The position numbers and the translations under genes are program-made. A stretch of DNA of 64,000 nt from Parasitella parasitica NRRL 2501 (Eukaryota > Fungi > Mucoromycota): assembly GCA_025201805.1 (NCBI GenBank), contig MU619308.1:1-64000 (forward strand), in the 5' to 3' direction. Positions 1 to 11,136 of this stretch are shown here, piece by piece. The notes below the pieces were generated by a model. It was not told the DNA's origin and made no database searches. It worked only from the letters and a program-made list of their open reading frames with translations. Numbering within the stretch: the stretch's first letter is position 1; the number at the start of each line of letters is the position of its first letter.

Positions 1-161
1 ATTCAAATGGAATTGTATAAAGACTTTTAGAAACCAGGACCAGAGCAATCCTGGCTTCCTTTTCAATCTTTAATAAAGACCCTACGTTCTCCGTGATATA
101 ATCGCTTGTAGTCTCTTTATTTAATTGTCTTTGGAAATAATCGTTATTCATATAACTCTCA
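1..161. mobile_element. End of an LTR-like insertion that truncates the DIRS element (runs off the window)
   Basis: DIRS coding sequence (...DAFSI) stops abruptly at 162. The adjoining AT-rich sequence ends in ...CTCTCA (CA terminus) and contains AATAAA near 73. The other end and the TSD lie outside the window. Confidence 0.4.
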
Positions 162-2339
162 GTATCGAAAAGGCATCCGTATGGGTAGCGTCCGGATCCG
201 GCAGCCAGGACACGTACTTTGGTAACTGCCTGGTCGATCGAGAATGGGCCCCACAAGTTGTTGATTTGCTGAAATAATTGTGGGCAGATTATCCACTGGT
301 GTTTGAAGAATTGCCGGCGAGACTCGAAATCCGCTGTCTTGTTCTGCAGACCCTGGATGTGTTGCGCTGAAGACACCAGTTCCATACCTCGGTCACTAGT
401 TCCATCAGTGGGACAGAGCGAGTCCCACCTTGCTTGTTTATATACGATTGACTGGTCGTGTTGTCTGTTCGGATGAGTACCGTCGAGTTCGCCATCAGAG
501 GAAAGGTCTTGAGAGCCAGATGCGCCGCCTTCAGCTCGCGCCAGTTGATGGACTGTGCTGCCTCATCCGCTGTCCAGTATCCATGTGCTGTGTGGTTCTT
601 CCAGATGCATCCCCACCCGGTGTTACTGGCGTCCACGTAGATGATCTCGGTGGGCGTCGTGGGGAGGAATGAGCGGCTGTTCCATTTCTTTAGGTTGAAA
701 TACCACCACTGGAGTTCCTTTAGGCTGTCTGGATCCAATGGGCGAGGCTTGTCCCAATCCTGTTCCGTCTTCACAACCTGGTTCTTGTAATGTATGAGAT
801 GCCGAGTGTTTAATCTGGCCGCGAAGACTGCGAACGTGGCCGCTTGGATGCGCATTGTAACACTGTGTAGTACCCGGGGAGTCTGCCTGCGAGGGTGATC
901 CAAGATCTGCTTGATGGAGCGACGAAGATCCCGAAGCTTCTTCCGCGGGAGGGACGCTTGCATGGTCTGAGTATTTAAGGAGAAGCCTAGATGTTCTAGT
1001 TGTTGGCTGGGCTTCAACACAGCTTTCTTGTAAGTTGACCAGCCAACCCAGATTATGCAGTTGTTGTTGTATACGACTTGCTGACCCTGTTGTAATGCTT
1101 GTTTCCTGGTTTTGGCAATCAGAATCCAGTCGTTCAGATACGCTGAGATACGCATTCCCTGGGAGCGAGCCTACTCCAGAATGGGGAGGCATACCTTGGT
1201 AAAGACAAAGGGAACCGTAGCCAGGCCAAATGCAGCTGTGCAATACTGGTACACTTGGGATTTCCATTTCAGGTGCAGAAACCGACGAGAATCCGGATGT
1301 AGAGCTATATGTTAAAATGCATCTGACGGATCGATGAAAAGTAAGTAATCGTTCTTGTGGATCATGTGTGTAACCTCTCTGCTTGTTTCCATTTTGAAAT
1401 GAGGGGCGTGCAGATATTGATTGAGCCGTTTGAGGTTGAAGACAGGGCGAATGCCCCCATCTTTCTTGGGGATGACGAACAACGAACTCTGTAAAAGCCT
1501 GGCATTCGCTGAGCCTCTTCGGCTGATACTGGCTCGATTGCCCGTTTGGCTAGCAAGTCCTGTATTGCGTGATCGATCAACGGGATTTGTTCCTTGCTGA
1601 ATGGTTGAATTGATGATGGAGGGGTTGTGTGAAACTGAATGTTGTTTTGTTGGAATGTTGTTGGTCCATGCGTGGTAGAATTTGCTGAGACGACCACCTA
1701 CTGGGTCGGTTGCTGTTGGTTTTAATGTTGTTGCTGATGTTGTTGTTGGTGTTGAATTTACTGGCGAAACGGATTGTCGTTTTTCTTGTTGTTGTTGTTG
1801 TTGGCCCGAAAGTTGTTGTTATTGCTGAAGTCTCTGATGTTGTTGAAATTGCTGCTGTTGTTGAAGTTGCTGTTGGTGTTGTTGCAGAAACCACGCACCC
1901 TGCTGAAAGGGTGGACCTTGCCGAAAAAAACTGCTGATTGGAACCATTTGAAAAGGATCCCGAACTGGGATTCCCATTGGGAAAACGACGAAGAGCAGAG
2001 GCCTCCCGAATGGCTTTTTTTGCAGCAGCTTGTTGGCTGATGCTTTGCTGGAATTCCTCGGGAGGCACAATGTAGCCGACATCCGATTCCGTCTTCACCG
2101 AGAAAGAGGGTGGATTGACAGCTCGGTACGCAATGTTGATACGTGCCTGTGTAATCGTGGAACAGAGATCAACCACGAGGCTGTGCATATCGGCCAACAT
2201 GGCACAGAAACGTTCCAAGTTGGCATTGCTGCCGTCTTAGGTAAGCATCTCATGGGCAAGGACGTCCAAAGGGCGGAGGATAACTGATGCCTGGTACGGA
2301 AGATGCTTCAAAGAGTTGTCTTCTATCTTTTGGCCTTTG

Positions 2340-3019
2340 TGTTATGTCAAAAGTCTGATAAAATAAATCTGCCAAAGAATTACACCTTTATTCATAATAC
2401 ATCTCTCTATCAGGGATCTTCTACGGCCTTATTAGATAATCAGGGACAGAGTACTAAGAGAAGATATGCAGAAGTTTATTTCAAATAAGGAGGCTATGAT
2501 TTAATAAGGGAAAGGTGGAGAAAGATAAGAAGATTGCTAGGGATATTTAATAAGGGAATTCGATTAGGAGATCTGACGAAGAAAACTCTTCTTTGCTGGT
2601 CAAAATAGCCTCTATTTATACTTTTTTGCGAGCTGTCTAGTTCACTGAAATGTGAACTAGACTATTCACTATAACGTGAATCAATTAGGTAAATAGGATA
2701 TCGTGGATCAATAAGTCAATAGTATAATGTGGATGAGTAAGGCAAGAATGACAGTGTGAATCAGAGAGGCAAGAATGCAATGTGGATTGATTAGGGAAGA
2801 ACGAGGTGATATATATTTTTAGATCAAGATGTATAATTGTTTGGGCTTGAAGGCTCGACAGGTTCATGACACTCTCGATGTATTATATACACATTCATTA
2901 CACTAGGGTTCTACTGTCTAGCTGCATAATGTAAATCATGACTACCCATGATTTACTGTAAGACCCTGGGACTGATCTGAGATCCTGATGTGAGACTTTG
3001 CCATGTTATTGATATAACA
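2340..3019. mobile_element. Solo LTR family 1 (about 211 bp after removing the nested insert), inserted in DIRS gag
   Basis: Termini TGTTATGTCAA...TTGATATAACA (10/11 inverted). 5-bp TSD CTTTG at 2335-2339 and 3020-3024. Removing it restores the gag frame MNKGQKIEDNSLKHL. A second partial copy is at 46695. Confidence 0.9.
2408..2871 (-). mobile_element. Solo LTR family 2 (464 bp) nested inside solo LTR 1
   Basis: On the plus strand TATCA...TGACA (TGTCA/TGACA with one substitution). 5-bp TSD CTCTC at 2403-2407 and 2872-2876. TATAAATAGAG on the minus strand near 2610-2620. The empty site is visible in the LTR1 copy at about 46751-46770 (aatacatctttcgatg). Confidence 0.9.
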
Positions 3020-3643
3020 CTTTGTTCATGTTTTGTTCGGCGGAGGGAATGGTAGCCGGAGAACGGTAGTCCAACTGAGCGACTGGGGGATACGCTTCAA
3101 TAATGGCTTTGCGTTCGGCAAGTGCCATTGGTTGGGAAGTATGGATAGGGGCTTCCATGTGCAGGATGTTCACCTGAGTCTCGGATAGTGTCCACTCATA
3201 ATGAGGGTGTGTACTAAGGGAATGCAACATAGCCGGGGCAGCCTCTTCGACTGACTGCATTTGAGTGGGATTGACAACCTGAGCCAGTTATGCTTGAAGA
3301 GAAAGCCATTTGTTCCTGCATGGCGGAGAGTTGTTGTTCGATAGATGACATGTGTAATAAAGAAATATATAGAAAGCGTGATGAATCAAGGAAGCTGGTA
3401 ATGACCGAGCGAAAAAGAAGATTGATAGTATAATGATTAGATTTTTTACTTTATATATCTTTGAATTTCGCTATGAAATAAAGCTTCAAGAAGATTCTAC
3501 TAGCAATAATAACATTTCCTATTTTGTTCTGACGGTCTCAAGAAATTCTTTCAAGAATTCTCTCGACCTAGAACTGGCGTTTTTGAATGTTTCAAAATTG
3601 GTAATAAAAAAAAGCGTTTGTATAACCTTGCCTCAATGTAAAC

Positions 3644-4074
3644 CAATAGCTGAGATACTGTTTAGCACGGCTCAAAAACCCTTTTCATATACCTTTATTT
3701 CTGAATGAAATAAATACCATCAAATCTGAAATATTTCTCATTTTCCCGCTTAAAGGCCTATAATACAATCTCTGATATCTCTACAAACTATTAAGCAATA
3801 GAGACACAACCTTTAGCCAAAATCTTCTTTTTTTGCACCATTCTGCAATATATCCAAGTTTCATTTACCTCTGACCATTTTTCAGATTTTGCAATGTTTG
3901 GACCCCAAACTTCATATTCGATTTTCAATTTTAAACTTTGGATCAATCTTGAAGGTCATTTTCAGATACGGATTTGGGATTCAAACCAAGTATACATCCT
4001 AAAACTAGCACAATAACTGCACCTCATCACGTTTTCCGAATTCCAATATCTATCTTTGTTATCGAGATACTGCC
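3644..4074 (+). repeat. Dispersed non-coding repeat family X, copy 1
   Basis: Collinear similarity to 47563-47994 and 49047-49470. Exact shared blocks include 3702-3737 = 49105-49140 (36 nt) and 3815-3844 = 47735-47764 (30 nt). Confidence 0.85.
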
Positions 4075-4500
4075 TGTTGGAAACAAAAAAAAAAGATGAA
4101 TACCAGCGGTTAACGAGATACAAAAACTTTATAATACTTTATTTAAGATCGAAATTGCATCGGCTATTCATACCTTTTACAACTACATAAATTTATGGTG
4201 ACTTATTTAAATTACTAATTGACAAGCCTAATTCCCAGTAACAATTTACTTGACAGAGTATGATGTAAGTCTATACAATGAAGGGCTACAAGTCTTTGAT
4301 CTGACAGTGCCTTAACTTTTATCCTGGTACATAAATCTGTGTTCGCATTACATGAATAACCTTCTTGGTTTGGAACAGAGAGACTTTATTTTTCAGTTTA
4401 CACAAGCGTATCACAGCACATTATTGGACAATCTCCAATCTTCAAATCGAAGTACATTGCCACGATCTCCTATCTGTAATTATGGCAGATCACTTACTCA
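4075..4500. mobile_element. LTR-like family 3, copy 1 (interrupts repeat X)
   Basis: Begins TGTTG exactly where similarity to repeat X stops. Collinear with 46812-47200 (ttaacgagatacaaaaactt, atctgacagt, ataaccttcttg, gtttacacaagc, tggacaatct, tacattgcca). The right end is not resolved. Confidence 0.7.
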
Positions 4501-5662
4501 AATATTCCTCATTCAATCCTGGAATAGCTAAATAAATTTATTCATTCAGTTTTAATTATATTTTTTCTCTCTATATCTCGTTATTCTAAATACTTTGCTT
4601 AATATTCTACAGAGCAACTGGATAATAAAAGGTGGAGGGGGGAGAAAACATGTTTTAGATTGGATCGAATTCATTTTAGGAAAGTAGATTAAAATCGTTT
4701 CTGAGGGGACATTGTGCAGCATATTGGTGATAGATTGATGCCTAGAAAACTCCAAGTTAGTTATTGCGCTAATGTGTTGCTTTTAAATTCAAGATAGGCA
4801 GATGGTCCAGAGCTGTGTAAATGTAAATTTTTTTTTTGGATGGTTAGGATGAGAGGGTCAATCAGTTATAACCAGAATGCTGAATCACATGGTCTAAAAT
4901 AATTGCATTAGATAGCCAGGCATCTATGTATGCAACAAGGTGTGTTATATTGAATCAGCTGCCAAAATAGAAGATTTCCCTGTCGAACGCTGGTATTTAA
5001 TTACCAAGCCTGGCAGGGTTTTACAAATGTACACCTCAGAAAATCTACGAAAAGGGCCCTGATAATCAAGGTCGCTCTGTAGCAACCCATTATTCTTTAC
5101 CCTAAAAATGCTGTGACATCCGTCACCTGACAAAGTCAGTATGCATCAATACAACTGCCATATATATTCCATGCCCGCAGACAATTCAAACTTCATGCCC
5201 GAATCCATAGCAATATCATTATCCGTAGAAACATCATTTAGTATAAATACCTTAACAATTTATAACAATAAAGAAACATCCATTTCAACTATAAATCTAC
5301 TTACAGCAACCTTTCAAATATCACAAATGCCAAGGAATTTGAAATTAAATCGATTTTTGCCAAATTTGTGCACTTGTTTCCTATTCGTTAAACTTGCACC
5401 AGGATGGGGATGATCTGCTTCATGTAAACAATCGAATACACACAGTCCTTTTTCTCTTTTTGTATTATCTCAATAACGTCTGATATGATGCTGCATCTTT
5501 AGAATGAGTCATTAGCTATCTTCTCTTTTCACGATTGTAGAAAAATGCAGAGTAGTAAGGTGCTATTCAAGGAGTATTAAAAATAGTCCGCTGAAAAGTT
5601 GTATTTGAAACCTCACATCCTTTTGTTCTTATTTTTCCCTTTCTCTTATACATAGTACAGCA

Positions 5663-6914
5663 ATGACACCAGAAGAACGAGCTGAGAAAATTAAACAACT
5701 AAGACAAGAACTTGTCGACATCAAGCACCCTGTAACTGATGAGGTATGCAGCTATTAGTAGTGCTTTGTCCTTTGAATTTACTTTGACACATGCATGTAG
5801 TATCTCGAACAATTTTTGATAGCTCGCAGTTGGAATATTGTAAGAAGAAAATAGAAGGGCACTTTTACCCTGAATATCTAATATGTTCTTGATACTCTAG
5901 GCAAATGCCAAAGACCAGTTGCTGAAGACGTTCGAATGGCGTGAAACTAGTCGCATTGGTGACCATCCTGTTGCCACTGGAGAAAACAAACTACCTGTGC
6001 TCTATGCTGTTCGTGGGTACGAAAGTGTGCCTGATAGTAATTTAGAAGCACGTCCTGGAATTAGTGAGAGTGTATTGAGGATTAATAAGTATATGGGTGG
6101 TGCATGTCTCCACAAGACAGATAGAGAAGGTTGCCCTGTTTATATCGAAAGACTGGTATGGATACCGTTGCGCGTGTGTGCGAACCAAGGAATCTCATAT
6201 GTCTGCATTGTGTAGGGCTATCACCGTGCAAAGGAACTTGCGAAAAATGCTAAAGTAGAGGAAGTTCAAGGATATCATATTGGCTGCAATGAATTTCTGC
6301 ATCGTGTTGTCATGAAGGATTGCTCAAAGGCTGCTGGACGTCATATTAATCGAGAAACTGTTATTTTCGATTGTACTGGAATGGGATGGTATCGTAAGTT
6401 CTCGATTGTTGACAATAGACATGTTTACTAAGCAGGATCTGTAGAATTACATATGCCTGCTTTATATTTCATTAAGGCCATTGCTGATTGTGATCAAAAG
6501 TATTATCCTGAAACGCTCAACAAATTCTTTTTGGTAAATGCACCGAGTGCGTTTGTGTATGTCTGGAAGATTGTCAAAGCCTGGCTGGATCCTGGAGTAA
6601 CTACGACAATGAGTAGGATGATTTTGATAAACAACTAACGGTTGATGTAGACTATTGCCAAAATCCAAATCATTGGATCCGATTTCAAGGAACCACTATT
6701 GAAACAAATTGCACCTGAAAACCTCCCTGCATTTTTAGGCGGTGAATGCACATGCGATCATATGGATGGGAACTGTGTCCCATCTCAAGTACTGAAGAAT
6801 GCTAAACCACTTGTACCCAATGAAAAGAATGAAAAGGTAGACACTGCTTACAATACCGATATTATGGAACAAGGAAAAACTTCCGATATCATCAGAGGGC
6901 CTTCATTCTATTAA
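5663..6914 (+). CDS. CRAL-TRIO / Sec14-family lipid-binding protein (about 6 exons)
   Basis: YLEQFLIARSWN; HKTDREGCPVYIERLG; VIFDCTGMG; DQKYYPETLNKFFLVNAPSAFVYVWKIVKAWLDP; IAPENLPAFLGGECTC. GT-AG introns link the ORF fragments. Confidence 0.92.
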
Positions 6915-7007
6915 AATCTATCAAAGGAAAAAGTATACGTAGAGAATAATAAAGAGATCATTTATTTGAGTTAATTGACAAATTTTACCGGACGAGATAT
7001 TAGTTGT

Positions 7008-7443
7008 TTAATCGAAAAGACCTATTTTACAGATTTATTATGTCATGTCATCTTAAACTCTTGTCAAAACACTTACCGAAACCCATATCGTCATCAGACT
7101 CTTCCTTCTCTTCAGCCTTAGCTTCCTCGGCGGGAGCATCGGTGGCAGCAGAACCGGAAGCAGCGCCAGCAGCGACAGCGGAACCAGAACCAGGAGCACC
7201 AACGTTCAAGAGAAGAGCCTTGAGATCTTGACCAGCGAGGGCCTTGGCATAGAGAGAGAACCAGATAGGCTCAACTTCAACACCGGCAGCGGCAACAAGG
7301 GTTTGGAGCTTGTCAGCCTGCGTTATAAATACATTAGTAAACGTGCTAAAAATTTGTAGTATCCATAAGGCACTCACGGTGATCTCAACATTATCATCCT
7401 CGAGGATGAGAGCGGCGTAGACGACAGCGAGTTCAGCAGACAT
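7008..7443 (-). CDS. RPP1: 60S acidic ribosomal protein P1
   Basis: [49 protein letters not shown]...[16 protein letters not shown] after removing 2 introns. Confidence 0.97.
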
Positions 7444-9151
7444 GCTATTATGTATATGTAACAGAATGGTTAATAAATTGGTGATATGACATGTCAATCA
7501 ACATTCATCGAAATTGCCATGGGTTGGATAATAGCGAGATGGATGGGATTTGCTGTTGAATGACATGTGTATTGATGGATTGATCCTACATACGTGCAAC
7601 GGATGGATGTAACTTGAAGGGGGGGCTACATAGATGTACACAACCACCTTTTGGATAAGTAGCATCACTAAATTAACCGAGTCACCAACCACCGCTGGTC
7701 TGACTGGCACCGAATACCGGTACTTGGTCTGGTAAAGTGAGGAAGGTTGGCTGAGTTGGGCAGTCTAGTTTTCTGCATTGTTTATGGCACTACTGTGGTT
7801 TTGACCATATGTTTAATAAATTCTTAATTGGAGAAATCAGAAAGTTTTCTGAAAACACATTTGACTATCCTCAAGCGCCTCCTTTTGAATGGTGTGGAGC
7901 CATGATAGATTCCATTTCATCAATGCTATAATGTGATGTTTAACATCAAAATCACTTCGCTTTGCTGATTATTCTGGATAGAGACTAGAGCCTGATACAG
8001 AACTGTATAGAGCTCATTTTGAAAATGTATCAAGTACACAAGAATCATTCATACCACAACTATCTTCGCAATATTCAAAAAAAAAAAAAAAAAAGCTTAA
8101 AATAACAAAAACCAATGTAGACAAGTCAGAGAAACTAATACTTTGGTCGAAAACGATGGACATGCTGGTCATTTTCAGCATTAGAATTGACGGGCCATCA
8201 ACGGATAAGTTTACCCCTTCAAAAAATACACGAATACTTGTATCAATGTCATCTATTCAATTGGCAAGCAAGATGTAAGAAGATCTCAATAGCTTAGCGC
8301 TTTCTGACCCATTAGCACATTTTAGACAGCTACGATCCAAACTTCATCAACATAGTACATATTCTCTGGCCAGAAGTTATAATGTTTTCACTTCAGATAC
8401 AAAATTACACGCTGTACACAATTTACACACCTGTAAATAGCACATCAAATCATGATACTAGCTGTATTATTGGCTCTAAGGAAATGGAAATTCAGTTTTC
8501 GAAGAAAATGGCATGTTGAAAACAGAGGATATTAAACAACTATTACCCAAGGAAATCGCAAGGAAAACTCAAGTTGAATCAGATGCTCTCGAAAAACAGA
8601 TCTATTTAAAGACGATAGCGAACATGAAATCATCGCAAATACATCTATACCTCCATATCTTTGTTCCATTGCCATTTCCACGATGAACTACTTGAAAGAC
8701 GCTCAGAAGAAAAATATCTGGAATATAAGTTTTTCCTAGCTTAAATAAATTTATATTTTACTCATTCAAATTATTGTTAAGCTTATGACGATTTCAGGGT
8801 AGTAAGAATGGCTGTTAGAGAGGCACTGCTTGCTAGTGATAAAACTTGGGGGGGGGGTTGAAAATAACGTACGACCAAAGTTGGATTTTGAAGATGGATC
8901 AGGCGTAAAGTCTCCTTGCCTGAAAGACACTGACATCTAGGATTACTGGAGCCTATGAAATGTCTATTTGAGAGGTTTGTGGGCGATTTGCATCAAAATT
9001 CTAATATAATCTTTCTAGCATGAAAGATCTGTACGCGGATTTCTTTCAAAAGTGTACGAAATTTTATTAATACCGTATTTCTACTTTATATATTCCACAT
9101 ATGTATGAATTTTTTTTTCTTTTTCTTTTTTGTTCTTTAGAAGAAGTACAA

Positions 9152-10641
9152 TTAAAAGTGAGAAATGGTGCCATTTTCAAGATAGTCGACAAGGTCCACT
9201 TCTTCACGTCTTTTCTTCATACGAGCTTTGATTTGTTGACGTTCTCTTTCAAGCATGGTTAAAATAATGAATTGTTCAGATCTTTCTTGTTCCAATTCAG
9301 CCGACTTTATCTTTTGCCAATTCAGATGTTTGTTGCATTTTCGACTCTGTGAGCACTTGGTGAATCCTTTTGTAGTGATCTGATCGCCATTGGCATCGAG
9401 CAAAGAAATCGGCGCATCCTCCTTGATTTGATCCACCTTTTCCCATAAACTGTCTGGCCACGTAAGTCTGGAATCGAACCCACAAATGTCTTCATCGGTG
9501 TGCTGTAATAATAGTTTTAAAAATGTAGACTTGTGATCACCCATTGTGATTAATGATTTCGCATGCAGTTTTTCTTCCTTGACTCGGCTTAATCTTGTTC
9601 GATCGTCCATGTCTGCAAAGCTGCTCAGTCTTGCTCTAGATAATGGGTTGTAGAGTTGATCATCTAACGACATGGTAGCATTTTTCTTTTTCAGTTCTGA
9701 CAATTCGATACGGGCACGAGCTACTTGCATTCCGCAGGTATCTGAGCAGTATTTACTGAGATGGCCTTGATGAGTGCCAATTCTTGCTGGTTTCAAACAA
9801 GCGGGATTATGACAATTAGGCTTCCACAGTGTTTGCTTTCCTGTAACTACAAAATTCAACAGCAATTATTAAAATTATGGCTACAATGAGAGGATACTCA
9901 AGATACTCACGTTTTGCGCAGTTTTCACAGTAATAAAGGTCAATGAATTCACTCTGCTTTTCGCTTATTTCTATACATTCGCCGTGGAACCATTCGTTAC
10001 ATCGGTCGCAGGCAATCATGAATTCCTTCACGTCGTATGGTCTTTTGCAAATACAGTAAAGCTCGTTATTGTTGTCGTTCGGAGGTCGTTGCTGCTGTTG
10101 TTGTTGAAGAGGTGGTGTCGTTGGCGTCGATGGTGTGGCAGGCTCTGATGTGTTAATGTTTTTCTGCAATGGAGGTCTGCCTCTTTTGACCTTCTTTACA
10201 GGCTACCAAAAAAAAATAGCTTTAATGGAGTTTCTTCTTGGTTAAAAAAGAGGTATTACTTACTCGGCTATCATCTTTGTCCAAGATCCTTTTCGGTGTA
10301 GCAGCCATAGTACTAGACGGTGTAGATGTTGATGATGACGGTGGTGGAGGAAAATACTGTTCCTGTGCTGATATGAGATTATTAGTTGCTGATGGCGGTA
10401 GCGAGAGTTTCTTGTCTTGGTCAATTTCAGTTGCTTGGCAACCTCCATCAGAAGCTATATTTGAATTAATGTGTAAAGGGTATTGTTCTTGCTGCTGCTG
10501 TAATGGGTATGATGGATGATCTTGATGCTCCTCTGGTGTCTCTACTGGCTGCCATTTTAACACAGGACTGATGCGTTTTCGCAAAGGCAGGCGATTTGGG
10601 CTGCTGCCACTCTGGTCAATGTTTTCAAGCTGTTCAGACAT
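9152..10641 (-). CDS. SPP1: COMPASS PHD-finger subunit Spp1/CFP1 homolog (3 exons)
   Basis: PHD finger LYCICKRPYD..FMIACDRCNEWFHGEC...YYCENC. Also C-x4-C...SKYCSDTCG, ICGFDSRL, C..KCNKHLNWQK and a C-terminal coiled coil, as in Spp1/CXXC1. Confidence 0.85.
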
Positions 10642-10644
10642 TTG

Positions 10645-10650
<6 letters not shown>

Positions 10651-10696
<46 letters not shown>
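10651..10696. repeat. (GT)23 microsatellite just upstream of the SPP1 start codon
   Basis: Direct read. It lies 9 nt from the ATG at 10641. Confidence 0.97.
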
Positions 10697-10697
<1 letters not shown>

Positions 10698-11136
10698 GGA
10701 AAGGTGAGAGAAGGAACGGTTTTGAAAGAGGAGTAATGCAATATATAAAAGAGGAGAAAAAGGGTTTTCAATAAATAATAAAAGAAAGGGAAAAGAGCAA
10801 GGCCATGGAAGAAATGGACTCGAGTAAAGAGAAAAAATTGCTGTTTGTGACGAAGACGCTGCGATTGAATAAGATTGGGAAGAGCTGGATGAGTCAAATT
10901 CCACTATCCTGTTTAAAAAGCTGAAAAATGTCTTGAAAAATGTATTTTTGTATCATTAAAATGTTCTTTTTGATGTGATACAATTATAGGTTTTATTGTC
11001 ATTTTCCCTTGTTTGAATTCATTGAAACGTCGGATATAAAGAACAGCATCCTTTATCTGTTTATTTTCTCTTTCTCTCCCACTCTCTCTCCTTTTTCCTC
11101 TTTCCCGCTTATCACAAGGTATAATTTTAAAAAGAA

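Larger units (their letters stand above)
162..3351 (-). mobile_element. Degenerate DIRS-type (tyrosine-recombinase class) retrotransposon: gag, RT, RNase H, start of Dam-like methyltransferase domain
   Basis: gag starts MSSIEQQLSAMQEQM at 3351 and has a Gln-rich tail (1700-1890). RT motifs: IPKKDGG, FGLATVPFVFTK, SAYLNDWILIA (YLDD decayed to YLND). RNase H motifs: YVDASNTGWG, SINWRELKAA, IRTDNTT..YINKQGGTRS. These are followed by QW..LFQQINNLWGPFSID / LPKYVSWLPDPDATHTDAF, typical of the DIRS1 methyltransferase region. Several frameshifts and deletions. The YR gene is not in the window. Confidence 0.9.
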
